Positions 9,507 to 19,757 of a DNA stretch of 64,000 nt are shown here, in pieces; position 1 is the first letter of the stretch; each line of letters opens with the position of its first letter. Under the pieces are notes generated by a model. It did no database searches, was not told the DNA's origin, and was given only the letters and a program-made list of their open reading frames with translations. This DNA comes from an uncultured delta proteobacterium (lineage in GTDB: Bacteria > Desulfobacterota > RBG-13-43-22), in NCBI GenBank assembly GCA_963743305.1, contig CAVUPH010000015.1:32001-96000 (forward strand). The letters are read 5' to 3'. Position numbers and translations under genes: made by a program.

Positions 9507-9562
9507 GTTGTATTTCCTTTTTCTTGAAGAATTTGGCGTAAAGGGCGTAATCCCAAGCCGGA

Positions 9563-10456
9563 TTACGGGCCTTCCGCTTTGCGAACATGGGCAACTACTG
9601 CCTCGACAATGAGGGGCCACGCGCTTCCATGGGGCAGGTCATGTCCCATACCCTCAATGATCATCAACTCGGCACCCGGTATCGCCTCCGCGCTATCCAC
9701 CCCTCCCGATACGGGTACCAGCGGATCATCCGCTCCGTGGATCACCAGTGTCGGTGCGGTTATGGAAGCGAGCCGGGGTTTCCGGTTTCCATGTGCCAGA
9801 ATCGCTACGAATTGACGCGCCTTGCCCGGACCATAAAATGCCCGAGCATAGCTGCGACCCGCCAACTTCCTGTGCCAAATCTCATCGAAGGGGAAGCCGG
9901 GGCCAGCAATCGTTCGATATAACTTCATCATATAATCGACGTAGGCCTCGCATTCTTCAGGCGGTGGGGTAAGCAGGAGTTCCATGATTTCGGGTTTTGG
10001 CATCGGGAGATGAGGATTCCCTGTGGTGGCATAAACCTGGGTCAGGCTCCGGACGCGGGAGGGATGTCTATAGGCTATCGTTTGCGCGATAGCGCCGCCC
10101 ATGGAAATACCACAAAGGTGGGCTCTATCTATTTGGATTGAGTCCAGAAGCCCGACAGCGTCGTCTGCCATGTCGTCGAGCGTGTATGGGGCGTCCACTT
10201 TTTCTCCCTTCATTCTGGCCGTCATGGCTGCCCTTAGGTCGGGAACGCCTGCCTCTTCCATTTTCGTAGATAGCCCCACATCACGGTTGTCAAAACGGAT
10301 TACATAAAGGGCTTTTCTCGCCCATTCACTACAGAGTTCCTCATCCCACCCTATCATTTGTCCCCCAATTCCGGCGATCAGCATTAGGGGCGGAGAGGAA
10401 GATTCCCCAAAGGTCTCATATTCGATCTGAATCCCGTTAGCCAATACCCGGGGCAT
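9563..10456 (-). CDS. Alpha/beta hydrolase (esterase-like)
   Basis: RFDNRDVGLS, GISMGG nucleophile elbow, HGADDPL, GMGHDL. Confidence 0.9.
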   Translation of the reverse strand: MPRVLANGIQIEYETFGESSSPPLMLIAGIGGQMIGWDEELCSEWARKALYVIRFDNRDVGLSTKMEEAGVPDLRAAMTARMKGEKVDAPYTLDDMADDAVGLLDSIQIDRAHLCGISMGGAIAQTIAYRHPSRVRSLTQVYATTGNPHLPMPKPEIMELLLTPPPEECEAYVDYMMKLYRTIAGPGFPFDEIWHRKLAGRSYARAFYGPGKARQFVAILAHGNRKPRLASITAPTLVIHGADDPLVPVSGGVDSAEAIPGAELMIIEGMGHDLPHGSAWPLIVEAVVAHVRKAEGP

Positions 10457-10603
10457 AATAATACCTTCTTTAATTATCTTGAATTTAGGGGCTATTCCCC
10501 GTGACACGGCTAACCACCGGGCAAGGCCTTATAATACCGGTAATGATCTCCTTGACCAGAAGGGCATCGAAAGATGGCGTGCCTATCGTCAGGAGAAGGT
10601 TCT

Positions 10604-11536
10604 TCAAGAAAGGGAGGAATCCTGGTTGTTTTTTTTCTGTGGATTCAGAAAGTCGGGTTGGAGAAATTCTGGATTAGGATAGGCGTAAAACCCCTTTCCG
10701 GCCTTGACACCCAACTCACCTCTTTTAATTTTTTCCAGCATGGCCCCCGGTGGTTCGTCTTTTGGATCCTTCGATTCGCTAAAATACACCATTTCGATGT
10801 GGTAGACGGTGTCCAAACCCACTGCATCCATAATTGCAAAAGGCCCCATCTTCATCCCAGTGAAGATTCTCCAGGCACGGTCTACATCGCGGAAATCGAC
10901 AAAACCATTGCCCCAGAGGTATAAGCTTTGCTTCTTGATCGCCCGCCAGACACTGTTAAAGCAGAAGCCCAAAATCTCCTTCTTCACCTGGAGCGGGATC
11001 AGGCCTAACGATCGGAGCCAGTCCGCACCCTTCTCGAGAATCTCCGGGAGGGTTTTTGTCCCACCCATGATGTCCGCCATGTTCATCCCTTGGAGCAATT
11101 GATAGAAATGGGTGTTTAGGCATCTTTCCGGCCTACCGCTACTCTCTTCTATCCTCGATATAGGCAAAGATGAACTGTTGGTGGCAAAAATGGCCTTGGG
11201 GGGGGCCACTTCGCCCATCTGTTTGAATATCTTACGCTTCAGCTCCACATCCTCGGTTACCGCCTCCACAACCAGATCGACATCTTTCAACGATTCTTTG
11301 AGGTCCGATGTAACGGAGACCGCTTGTCTGCATCTTTCCCAATTATCCCAAGGAATCAGGGGTGACACAGCTTTTTCCTTCAGGTCGGCGTGAAGTTTCT
11401 GGTAATTTTCATCTAATGCGTTCTGTCGGGTGTCATAGGCCGTTACCTTGTAGCCAGCATAGGCTGATAACATGGCAATCTGCGTTCCTAAGAAACCTAC
11501 GCCGACAACAGCAATGCGTTCAAAAGGTTTATCCAT
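10604..11536 (-). CDS. 3-hydroxyacyl-CoA dehydrogenase family protein (carnitine/gulonate dehydrogenase-like possible)
   Basis: GVGFLG Rossmann motif, EAVTE, ATNSSS, THF, MGPFAIMDAVGLD. Confidence 0.88.
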   Translation of the reverse strand: MDKPFERIAVVGVGFLGTQIAMLSAYAGYKVTAYDTRQNALDENYQKLHADLKEKAVSPLIPWDNWERCRQAVSVTSDLKESLKDVDLVVEAVTEDVELKRKIFKQMGEVAPPKAIFATNSSSLPISRIEESSGRPERCLNTHFYQLLQGMNMADIMGGTKTLPEILEKGADWLRSLGLIPLQVKKEILGFCFNSVWRAIKKQSLYLWGNGFVDFRDVDRAWRIFTGMKMGPFAIMDAVGLDTVYHIEMVYFSESKDPKDEPPGAMLEKIKRGELGVKAGKGFYAYPNPEFLQPDFLNPQKKNNQDSSLS

Positions 11537-11622
11537 AATTCCTCTTATCCCCTTTCTTCATGCTGGCTGAATTATTGCAAAAATCCCCGGCAGGCGAGCA
11601 GGACTATCGATCACCTCTGCAC

Positions 11623-12336
11623 TTAAACCTCAAGATATTTTTCCCGAATATCCTCTCGGGACGCCAGCTCTTCAGCCGTCCCGGAAAACGCACAGCAGGC
11701 CTTTTTCATTACATAGACCCGCTTGGCCAGGGACAAGGCGATTTTAAAGTTGTGCTCGACCAGGAGGATAGAAACCCCGGTCTTGCTAATACTCTCCAGC
11801 ATGTCCCGAACCTCTTTTTTCAGTAAAGGGGCTAAGCCTTCCGTCGGTTCATCGACAAGGATGAGATCAGGATTGGCCATCAGGGACCGGCCTACGGCCA
11901 ACATCTGTTGTTCACCACCGGAGAGATTGGCGCCTTTGCTCTTTTGGCGCTTCTCTAAAGAAGGAAAGTGTTCGAAGATCTTCTCCACCGTCCAGACGTT
12001 CGGATTCTTCTGGTCTATTTTTCCTCCTTTGATTCCCATAGCCAGGTTTTCCATTACCGTCAGGGTAGGGAAAATCCACCTCTCCTCCGGCACATAACCG
12101 ATACCAGCTTTGGCTACCTTGTATGGTGGATAGCCAGTGATCTTCTCCCCTTTGTAAATCACACTTCCCGATCTTGGTGTGACCAGACCCATAATGCTTT
12201 TCAGGGTGGTGCTCTTGCCCATGCCGTTTCGACCCAGGAGCGCCACAATTTCCCCCTGAGCCACTTTCAATGACATGTCTTGCAACACACGGCTTTCACC
12301 GTAATAGGTATTTAGGCTCTCAACTTCAAGAAGCAT
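11623..12336 (-). CDS. livF: Liv-type ABC transporter ATPase (cluster 1)
   Basis: GRNGMGKST, LSGGEQQML, DEPTEGLAP. Confidence 0.9.
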   Translation of the reverse strand: MLLEVESLNTYYGESRVLQDMSLKVAQGEIVALLGRNGMGKSTTLKSIMGLVTPRSGSVIYKGEKITGYPPYKVAKAGIGYVPEERWIFPTLTVMENLAMGIKGGKIDQKNPNVWTVEKIFEHFPSLEKRQKSKGANLSGGEQQMLAVGRSLMANPDLILVDEPTEGLAPLLKKEVRDMLESISKTGVSILLVEHNFKIALSLAKRVYVMKKACCAFSGTAEELASREDIREKYLEV

Positions 12337-12338
12337 CC

Positions 12339-13085
12339 TTATTCCTCTGTCTCTCCCAGATAAGCATCTTTTACCGCCTGATTTTCCCTTATTTCGTTGG
12401 GGGGACCAGAAGCCAGAATAGTTCCCTGGTGGAGAACAGTAATTCGGTCCGCCAAGGAAAAAACCACATCCATATCATGCTCTATGATCACGACGGTTTT
12501 ACCCTCGGTAAGCTTCTTAATCAGCTCAACCGCATAGTGAGTTTCCTCTTTAGACATACCAGCGGAAGGCTCGTCCAGCATCACCAAGTCCGGATCCGTG
12601 GCCAGGGCCAGGCTGATCTCCAGGGAACGTTGTTGGCCGTAAGATAAAATCCCTGCAAGCACGTCCCGTACCTCATACAGGTTGATCCGTCTGAGGAGCT
12701 CGTCCGTTTCCCGGGTAATATCTTTCATAGCATCCACATACCGGAACATATTGAAACGAACACCACGCTTGGACAAAATACCCATACGGATATTCTGAAA
12801 GGCAGTAAGTCGACTAAAAGTGCTGGTAATCTGAAAAGAACGCCCCATACCCTGTCGTACCAATTGCTCTGGTTGACTTCCGGTGACATCCCTCCCCTTA
12901 AAGAAGACCCTCCCCTTACTCGGCACATAGGTACCGGTGATGGCGTTAAACAGGGTCGTCTTACCGGCACCATTGGGTCCGATGATGGCGTGACGCTCCC
13001 CTTCCTTGACTTCCAGATTGACATCGAAAAGAACCTTCAATCCTTTGAAGTCGTGATATAACCCCTGGGTCTCCAAGATATTCAT
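12339..13085 (-). CDS. livG: Liv-type ABC transporter ATPase (cluster 1)
   Basis: GPNGAGKTT, RSFQ, LSYGQQR, EHDM, AYLG. Confidence 0.9.
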   Translation of the reverse strand: MNILETQGLYHDFKGLKVLFDVNLEVKEGERHAIIGPNGAGKTTLFNAITGTYVPSKGRVFFKGRDVTGSQPEQLVRQGMGRSFQITSTFSRLTAFQNIRMGILSKRGVRFNMFRYVDAMKDITRETDELLRRINLYEVRDVLAGILSYGQQRSLEISLALATDPDLVMLDEPSAGMSKEETHYAVELIKKLTEGKTVVIIEHDMDVVFSLADRITVLHQGTILASGPPNEIRENQAVKDAYLGETEE

Positions 13086-14092
13086 GGTTGGCAGCGATCA
13101 TCCTCCCTGGTTGTTTTTTCTGGCGACTGGGCGAACACTTTGCTCCCGATCAGTGCCAATACCCCGGCAAACCCTTTGGGGAAATACAACATGACCACAA
13201 TGAGGATTAGGCCCATCAACAGTTCGACCTCTTTAATATATCGGCTGGTAAATTCTTGGAGAAGAGTGAAAATAGCAGAACCCCAGATGGGTCCGAAAAA
13301 GCTCCCCGCCCCCCCCACCATAGTGATCAGTATAACTTGAAACGAAGTCCCGGGGCCCAGCGCCAGATCGGGCGCGATCACATCCTGAAAGAGGGCTAAA
13401 ACAGCACCGGCAATCCCGGCAAAACCTGCGGAAATGGCATAGATTACCGCCTTAGTCTGCGGCACCTTGAACCCCAGGTAAGCGACTCGCTTGGCATTGT
13501 CACGAACACTGACCATGAGTTGCCCAAAGGGTGTTTTGGTAAAAAACCACAAAAGCCAAAGGCTGATCCCAATGACCACGACGGCAAAGTAATAGAAGTT
13601 CGTGGTATCTTTCATATCAAAGGAAATGACTCCCGGAATGTTGAGCGCCGGCAGGGGAAACCCACTGACCCCGTCTTCGCCATTGGTTATTGTTCTCAGT
13701 TTCAGAGCCAAGGTATAAATGAGCATGCTAAAGGCGAGGTGCAACATAGCGAAGGCTGTGCCGCTGACTCTGGTAACAATGGGGCCTAGGACTACAGCCA
13801 GGATGACAGAGGCAAAAAAGCCCATAAACAGGGCTGCAAGAAGGGCACAGCCTTTAATATGGACCAAGGCCAGGGCCGTGGCAAAACCTCCGGTCCCGAA
13901 GTACATGGCGTGACCGAAACTGAAAAGGCCCGTATAGCCAAGCAGCAGGTTGAAAGAGACCGCATAGAGGGCAAAGAGAGCGAAGTGAATAAAAACATTG
14001 GTAAAGTAGGGCCCAACGAGCTTCGGGTAGAAAGTCAGCAAGATCAGCATCACTCCCCATAAAACCCATTTGACTTTTCTGTTAATCGTCAC
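13082..14092 (-). CDS. livM: Liv-type ABC permease (cluster 1)
   Basis: NLLLGYTGLFSFGHA, TNGEDG, VGGAGSFFGP. Confidence 0.9.
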   Translation of the reverse strand: MTINRKVKWVLWGVMLILLTFYPKLVGPYFTNVFIHFALFALYAVSFNLLLGYTGLFSFGHAMYFGTGGFATALALVHIKGCALLAALFMGFFASVILAVVLGPIVTRVSGTAFAMLHLAFSMLIYTLALKLRTITNGEDGVSGFPLPALNIPGVISFDMKDTTNFYYFAVVVIGISLWLLWFFTKTPFGQLMVSVRDNAKRVAYLGFKVPQTKAVIYAISAGFAGIAGAVLALFQDVIAPDLALGPGTSFQVILITMVGGAGSFFGPIWGSAIFTLLQEFTSRYIKEVELLMGLILIVVMLYFPKGFAGVLALIGSKVFAQSPEKTTREDDRCQP

Positions 14093-14965
14093 TCATTCCC
14101 TTTCTCCAAAAAAGCCCATGGGTTTTATAGCCAGAACAATGGCCATAAAAGCAAAGGTGAGGACCGGTGCCAGTTGAGATAAAAACTGGACACCGAAAGA
14201 AGAGAGTAGTCCGATGGTCATAGCCACCAGAAAGGCTCCCCCCAGGCTGCCGAATCCTCCCACAGCCACCACGATGAACGCGTCCATTCCCATCTGGTCT
14301 GCCAGTCCGGGGAAGACACTCAAAACCGGAGCGATGGTTACCCCGGCCACCCCGGCCAGAAAGGAGCCCGCACCGAAAACAAACATGAAGAGGAGGGGCA
14401 CATTGATCCCCAGGGCATTGACCATAGTGGCATTGGACACGGCAGCCCGCACCACCATGCCTAATCGCGTTTTAAAGAGAATGAGCGCCATAAGACCCAA
14501 GACCATGGTGGTCAGAACCATAACGAAGAGCCGGTAGACGGGGTAGACCAGGCCTCCGATGGTTGCGGACCAGTTTAGTATTGGGGGCGGAGACACGTAG
14601 AGAAACTCGGTTCCCCAAATGATCTTGACGGCTCCCAGAATTACGAACATGACACCCGTCGTCACGATCAATTCAGCCACATGTCCCAGGGAGTGAATCT
14701 TTCTGAGGAGAAACCTCTCCACCAGCGCTCCCAAGATCCCCGTAGCGATGGGCCCCAGAAGCAGGGCCAGCCAGAAACTTCCGGTCGAGACCGTTATTTG
14801 ATAAGCAAAATAGGCAGAAAGCATGAAGAAGGCGGCATGGGCCATGTTGAGAACACCCATCATGCCGAAGATCAGGGTCAGGCCTGAGGCCACCAGGAAA
14901 AGCACCATCCCGTAGGCCAGCCCATGCACCCCCTGCGTAACATACATTGCGGTTATGGGGTCCAT
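14093..14965 (-). CDS. livH: Liv-type ABC permease (cluster 1)
   Basis: GLTLIFGMMGVLNMAH, TRLG..RA, GGFGSLGGA, KPMGFFG. Confidence 0.9.
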   Translation of the reverse strand: MDPITAMYVTQGVHGLAYGMVLFLVASGLTLIFGMMGVLNMAHAAFFMLSAYFAYQITVSTGSFWLALLLGPIATGILGALVERFLLRKIHSLGHVAELIVTTGVMFVILGAVKIIWGTEFLYVSPPPILNWSATIGGLVYPVYRLFVMVLTTMVLGLMALILFKTRLGMVVRAAVSNATMVNALGINVPLLFMFVFGAGSFLAGVAGVTIAPVLSVFPGLADQMGMDAFIVVAVGGFGSLGGAFLVAMTIGLLSSFGVQFLSQLAPVLTFAFMAIVLAIKPMGFFGERE

Positions 14966-15070
14966 CCATTCAACCTTTACGAATTGATTAAAGCGCTTCC
15001 CCAACCCCTCCTCCTAAGGCGGGGTCTGAGAAGCGCATTTTCTGAATCCATTTATTCATTCCGGATGATC

Positions 15071-16486
15071 TTATTTCGCACCCTTGCATCTATCCATCGT
15101 TGGATCTATCCTCGGCATAATCTTAGCCGCCGGAATAGTAAATCCGTGACCGGCGGAGCTATAGTTTTTGTCAAAATAATAGGGCGGGATGTTGAAAAAA
15201 GCCTTTTGCTGCTCAGGGGGAACAGCTTCGAAGACATGCAGATCCTGAACAGTTTTATGGTCGCAGGCCCTCATATGCTGGATCTTCCCGTTGGCATATT
15301 GATAAGTGTCACCTTCCCAGACTTTGATGATCTTTTCCGGGTCCGCGCTGGCCGCCCGTTCAACTACGCTCAGGAGCCAATAGGTCTGCTCGATGTAAGA
15401 GCCCAGGCTTCCCAAGGGGTGCTCGTAATTCGCGGTGTTATAGGGGGCCTTCCACTTCTTCCAGGCATTGTTCCAGTTTTTATAGTATTTGATAAATGCC
15501 GGATTCTTAAAAACAGAGTCTTCAAACCCGTACCAGCTGAGTTGAACCAGGCCCTTTGACCCCTCTACCCCGATTTCAGTGAGGGAAGGAGGATCCTCCA
15601 CATAGATATGCGCTATGGGAATATTTACGCCCAGTTGTCGAGCTTGTTTGACCAGATTGGCGGCGTCCGGGATAAAGTCCCCGGTATAAATCACCTCTGC
15701 TCCGGAGGCCTTGATCTTGGTCATATAAGGGGCAAAGTCGGCCAGAAACATCTTGTGGTAATCTTCGCCGACGATCTGAGCCTCGGGATAATATTCTTTT
15801 AAACCTGCCTTGAAACCATCAGCGAAAATATGCCCGAAAGTGGAGTCCTGACAGAGAATGTAAAACTTCTTTTCCTTCTTCCGGATCTGTCCATAGTAAT
15901 AGGCCATCGCCCGTCCTATCTGCCCGGAGGACCAGCAGGTCATGAAGGAATAACGGGTGAAGTTGGCACCCTCATAGAGGTCATCCGTTAAGGCCGCCGT
16001 ATCCATGGCAATGACTTTATACTTATTGGCCACTTCATTCATTACTTTCGCATTGGGAGTGCCGGCGGTACCCCATAAGACATTAACCTTTTCCTCGAGA
16101 ATCATTCTTTCGGCGACCTTTTTAGTCACATCCGGCTTGAATTCCATGTCGCCTTTGATAACCTGGATGAGCTTCTTTTTTCCATCAATCATTATGCCGC
16201 CTCTTTTATTGTAATCGGAGGCGGCCCAAAGAGCGGCGATCCAATAGACTTGTCCTATCACAGTCGCCGGGCCGGAAAACGGGGCCAACACGGCTATTTT
16301 AAAAGTATCCCCCGTGGGAATTACCGGGTGGTTCGGATCAAAGCCGGACATGTCTGACATTTTGTTGAAATCAAACTTGGCATTGACTTTGGCTGCGGCC
16401 AGACTTCGGACTGGGTTTGATACCATCACCGCGAAAAAGAAAACAACGGATACCAGAATTATAATCCCTTTGCGTAAACGGTTCAT
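15071..16486 (-). CDS. ABC substrate-binding protein, Leu/Ile/Val-binding fold (cluster 1)
   Basis: Signal peptide, PFSGPA, DFAPYMTKIKASGAEV, MRACDH; strong AAGGAGG RBS. Confidence 0.88.
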   Translation of the reverse strand: MNRLRKGIIILVSVVFFFAVMVSNPVRSLAAAKVNAKFDFNKMSDMSGFDPNHPVIPTGDTFKIAVLAPFSGPATVIGQVYWIAALWAASDYNKRGGIMIDGKKKLIQVIKGDMEFKPDVTKKVAERMILEEKVNVLWGTAGTPNAKVMNEVANKYKVIAMDTAALTDDLYEGANFTRYSFMTCWSSGQIGRAMAYYYGQIRKKEKKFYILCQDSTFGHIFADGFKAGLKEYYPEAQIVGEDYHKMFLADFAPYMTKIKASGAEVIYTGDFIPDAANLVKQARQLGVNIPIAHIYVEDPPSLTEIGVEGSKGLVQLSWYGFEDSVFKNPAFIKYYKNWNNAWKKWKAPYNTANYEHPLGSLGSYIEQTYWLLSVVERAASADPEKIIKVWEGDTYQYANGKIQHMRACDHKTVQDLHVFEAVPPEQQKAFFNIPPYYFDKNYSSAGHGFTIPAAKIMPRIDPTMDRCKGAK

Positions 16487-16666
16487 TTTAGTCCTCCTTT
16501 TATTATTTGGTGTAATTTTCGATTAGATCCTTGAGGAGAAGAAACTTCGTGCATAAAATAGTCCGCTTTGTCATTTGGATCTGTTCTGAATTCAATAAAG
16601 CTTGGGCAATGCCGGGTCCCCTGAGACCGGCTCCGAGGATGCCCATAGGGTCGCTGTTCTGAAGCT

Positions 16667-17267
16667 TCATGAATTAAGGCGTCCTCCCTCCCCCGTCGGG
16701 GTGTAAATAACCAAGAAACATTTAGCTTCCTTGCGTCCTACGGATTCACCGAAATGGGGGAATCCGGAATCAAAATAGATACAATCACCCTCTTCGATGA
16801 TGTATTCCCGGTTTCCGTGAAGAAACTTCATCGTTCCCTCAAGAACAAAGAGGATCTCTTCGCCTTCGTGTTGATGGATCGTTTTCTTCTTGGGCTTGAG
16901 CGGAAGGGTCAGGATGAAGGGTTCCATCCTCTTATTTGGGAAGGTATGGGCAACGGCCTCGTAAGTATAATCTAAGACGGCGCCTTTCCTGGCGATTAAA
17001 GGCCTTTCCCCTTTTTTTACAATGCCGATGGAGGTTTGCTGTTCCTCTTCCCCCACGAGGAATGAGATGGTAATCCCCAAGGACACGGGCGATAATCCCC
17101 AATGTGGAAAGAGGAGGGGATTTTTCGGATTTCTCTATTCTTGAAAGATAACCTCTGGTAAAGCCGGTTTGGTTGGCCAATCTTTCGAGAGTAAATTTCT
17201 TGGTAATTCGAGAAGCCTTAATTCTTCTGCCGATTTCTGACTCAATGAATAGCGATGTTGGTTTCAT
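16667..17267 (-). CDS. XRE-HTH + cupin transcriptional regulator (single frameshift ~17085)
   Basis: HTH (TLERLA..TGFTRGYLSRIE) in ORF 16932..17279 continues after +1 nt into cupin (HEGEEILFVLEG, GDCIYFDS..PH) in ORF 16667..17086. Confidence 0.85.
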
Positions 17268-17414
17268 CTTTGTATACACGTTCAGGGGAAAGATTTGAAA
17301 AACAAATACAAATAGGAAACTTTTAGAACACTAAATGATCACATTTGTAAACTTTTGTCAATGATTTTTAATAAAATTGAAGGTCTTCCTACATGCTCCC
17401 CTAGTTTATTAAGA

Positions 17415-17581
17415 GGTTGTTCGCCCTTTTGGTCTGAGTTTGGGCCTGCTGCAAATAAAATGAGTAATTTCGGCCCGGATTCGAAGTCCGGAGTACCCTT
17501 GGAACCTTTGGCAAGGCCTTTCGCCGAGACCAGATGGCTATACCAGATCTAGGAGGTACCCAACCAAAAGGGCGAAGCGTC
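17415..17581. mobile_element. Non-autonomous MITE, 167 bp, 19-bp imperfect TIRs, 8-bp TSD
   Basis: GGTTGTTCGCCCTTTTGGT … ACCAAAAGGGCGAAGCGTC flanked directly by TATTAAGA at 17407-17414 and 17582-17589. Confidence 0.75.
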
Positions 17582-17740
17582 TATTAAGAACCAGAATGTC
17601 TGTTTTTAGTGGAAAGGACAAGGACGACAGGGGAAACAACAGGCTTTGTGTGGGGGGGGGGGGAGGAATAGCCTAATAATAGAAAGGGCATAAAAAAGAG
17701 CCAAACTTCAAAAACAACATTTCTGGAAGTCACCAACGGC

Positions 17741-17787
17741 TCATCCTGGTTACCGGACACGATAGGCCCATCCGGCAACCAGGATGA
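17741..17787 (-). terminator. Hairpin downstream of acyl-CoA dehydrogenase
   Basis: TCATCCTGGTTACCGGA…TCCGGCAACCAGGATGA; no clear U-tract. Confidence 0.5.
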
Positions 17788-17790
17788 AAT

Positions 17791-19593
17791 TTATTCAAAT
17801 AGTTCCCCCTTGATCTCCACCGTCAAGCCATCCCCTTCCAACAGCCGCCGAGCCAATCCCTCAATTTTCGGTAGCTCGTAGTGAAAGAAATAGGCGAAGG
17901 TCTGGAACTTACCCTGGTAAAAGTTATTTTCTTCTCCCGATAATTCCTTCTCCAGGGCCTTCCGGATAACCAGGGCTTGAACCAGCCACTGCCAAGCCAC
18001 CGCGATGATGCCGAAAAATTCCAGGTAGAGGGTGGCGTCGGCCAGGAAGTATTCGGGTCCTTTCTCCTGGGAAACTTGGACCAGGCTGGCCGTGACCTCC
18101 TTCAGTTTTCCCAGGGCCTCCTGCAGGCGCGCCGCGTACGGGGCCAGTGAGGGGACCTCCCGGGCCGGGGTGAGGGTTAGCTCCACCTCCCGGAGATAAA
18201 GCTGGGCCGCCTTCCCGCCTTTCATGACCATTTTTCTTCCCAATAGGTCCAGGCCATGAATCCCCGTGGTACCTTCGTGGATGGGGTGGATGCGGGCGTC
18301 GCGGTAGAACAGTTCCAGGGGGAATTCATCGCAGTAGCCGTACCCGCCCAGGATCTGCAGGCCTTGACTGACCGAAAGGAGGCCCATTTCCGAGGGATAG
18401 GTCTTGGCGACCGGTGTGAGCAGATCCAGCAGCAGTTCGTTCCGCTCTTTTTCTTCCCCGCTGAGAACCCGGGCCCGGTCCGCATAGAGGCTGCATTGCA
18501 GCAGCAGGGAAAAAGACCCCTCGACCACGGCTCGCTGGAAAAGGAGCATGCGCTTTACGTCCGCGTGTTCGATGATGTTGACCTGAGGCAGCGTGGGGTC
18601 CTTGGCCGCCAGCCGGCGGCCCTGGGGCCGTTCCCGGGCGTATTGCAGCGAAGAATAGTAGGCCGCTGAGGCGATGGCTGTAGCGCTCATCCCCACGTCG
18701 ATCCGGGCCTCGTTCATCATCTGGAACATGTAGGCCAGGCCTTTGTGGGGTTCGCCTACGAGGTAGCCGCGGCAGTCGTTGTTCTCCCCCAGGCTCAATT
18801 GACAAATGGGCGATCCCCGGTAACCCAGCTTATGGAAGCTGCCGGCCACCTGGATGTCGTTGCGCGCCCAAGAGCCGTCTGCTTCGGGGCGGAATTTAGG
18901 CACCACGAACAGGGAGATCCCCTTGACCCCCGGTGAGGCCCCCTTGATCCGGGCCAGCAACAGGTTGACGATATTGTCCACCCCGTCATGGTCGCTGGCC
19001 GAAATGAAAATTTTCTGTCCCCGCAGCAGATAATAGTCCTGATCCGTGGGTTCGGCCAGGGTGCTGAGGTCGGTCAGGGAGCTGCCGGCCTGGGGTTCGG
19101 TCAGAGCCATGGTGCCCTGCCACTCACCGGCATACATCCGGGGAATGTAGGTTTCCTTGAGCGTCTGGGACCCGAAGGACTCGATCAGATGGGCCGCTCC
19201 GGCGGTCAGCAGGGGATAGACGCTGGCCGAGTAATTGGCGGCCGAGAGAATAAAACGGACAACGGCCCCGACCAACAGGGGCAGTTGCTGGCCGCCGTAT
19301 TCGTAGGGGGCCAGCGCGGAGATCCAGCCGCCCTCCCCGCAGGTCCGCATCCACTCCCGGACCATGGGATGGACTTTGACCTCCCCGTCGATGAGTCGGG
19401 GGGGATTTTGGTCCATCTCCCGGAGCAGCGGCTGCAGGATGTCCCGTCCCAGTTTGAGGGCCGTATCCAGGACCAGATCGAAGATTTCCCGGCCGTGTTC
19501 GGCGTAGTACTCATATCGGGTCAACGCTTCGGCATCGAAGACCTCGTAGAGCATGAACTTTACGTTTCTTTCGCTGATGAATTTCTCGGCCAC
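17791..19593 (-). CDS. Long-form acyl-CoA dehydrogenase (~600 aa)
   Basis: GTMALTEPQAGS, GQKIFIS, HKLG, MFQMMNEAR, IHEGTTGI (catalytic Glu); GTG start after GGGAGG. Confidence 0.93.
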   Translation of the reverse strand: MAEKFISERNVKFMLYEVFDAEALTRYEYYAEHGREIFDLVLDTALKLGRDILQPLLREMDQNPPRLIDGEVKVHPMVREWMRTCGEGGWISALAPYEYGGQQLPLLVGAVVRFILSAANYSASVYPLLTAGAAHLIESFGSQTLKETYIPRMYAGEWQGTMALTEPQAGSSLTDLSTLAEPTDQDYYLLRGQKIFISASDHDGVDNIVNLLLARIKGASPGVKGISLFVVPKFRPEADGSWARNDIQVAGSFHKLGYRGSPICQLSLGENNDCRGYLVGEPHKGLAYMFQMMNEARIDVGMSATAIASAAYYSSLQYARERPQGRRLAAKDPTLPQVNIIEHADVKRMLLFQRAVVEGSFSLLLQCSLYADRARVLSGEEKERNELLLDLLTPVAKTYPSEMGLLSVSQGLQILGGYGYCDEFPLELFYRDARIHPIHEGTTGIHGLDLLGRKMVMKGGKAAQLYLREVELTLTPAREVPSLAPYAARLQEALGKLKEVTASLVQVSQEKGPEYFLADATLYLEFFGIIAVAWQWLVQALVIRKALEKELSGEENNFYQGKFQTFAYFFHYELPKIEGLARRLLEGDGLTVEIKGELFE

Positions 19594-19757
19594 TCCGAAT
19601 ACCTCCCTATCGATACAAAGCCCCGGCGTCAAACGATCCCACGTCCTTTTCCGACAAATTCTTGGGATTAGGGGAGAACAGCCGGGCCTGCCTCCTTCCG
19701 CCTTCTACCGGTCTGAGGAGATCCGACTTCGAGGTCCCGTCCGAATTTGTCAAAGGA

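Noticed and set aside
16603-16647. GGGTCCCCTGAGA hairpin resembling a second TPP aptamer
   Set aside because: Wrong strand for the downstream gene and lacks the ACCTG…TAAT..CAGCG core; more likely an intercistronic hairpin
17652-17663. Poly-G run as a phase-variation tract
   Set aside because: Intergenic, not within a recognisable promoter or ORF; homopolymer lengths are unreliable in this assembly
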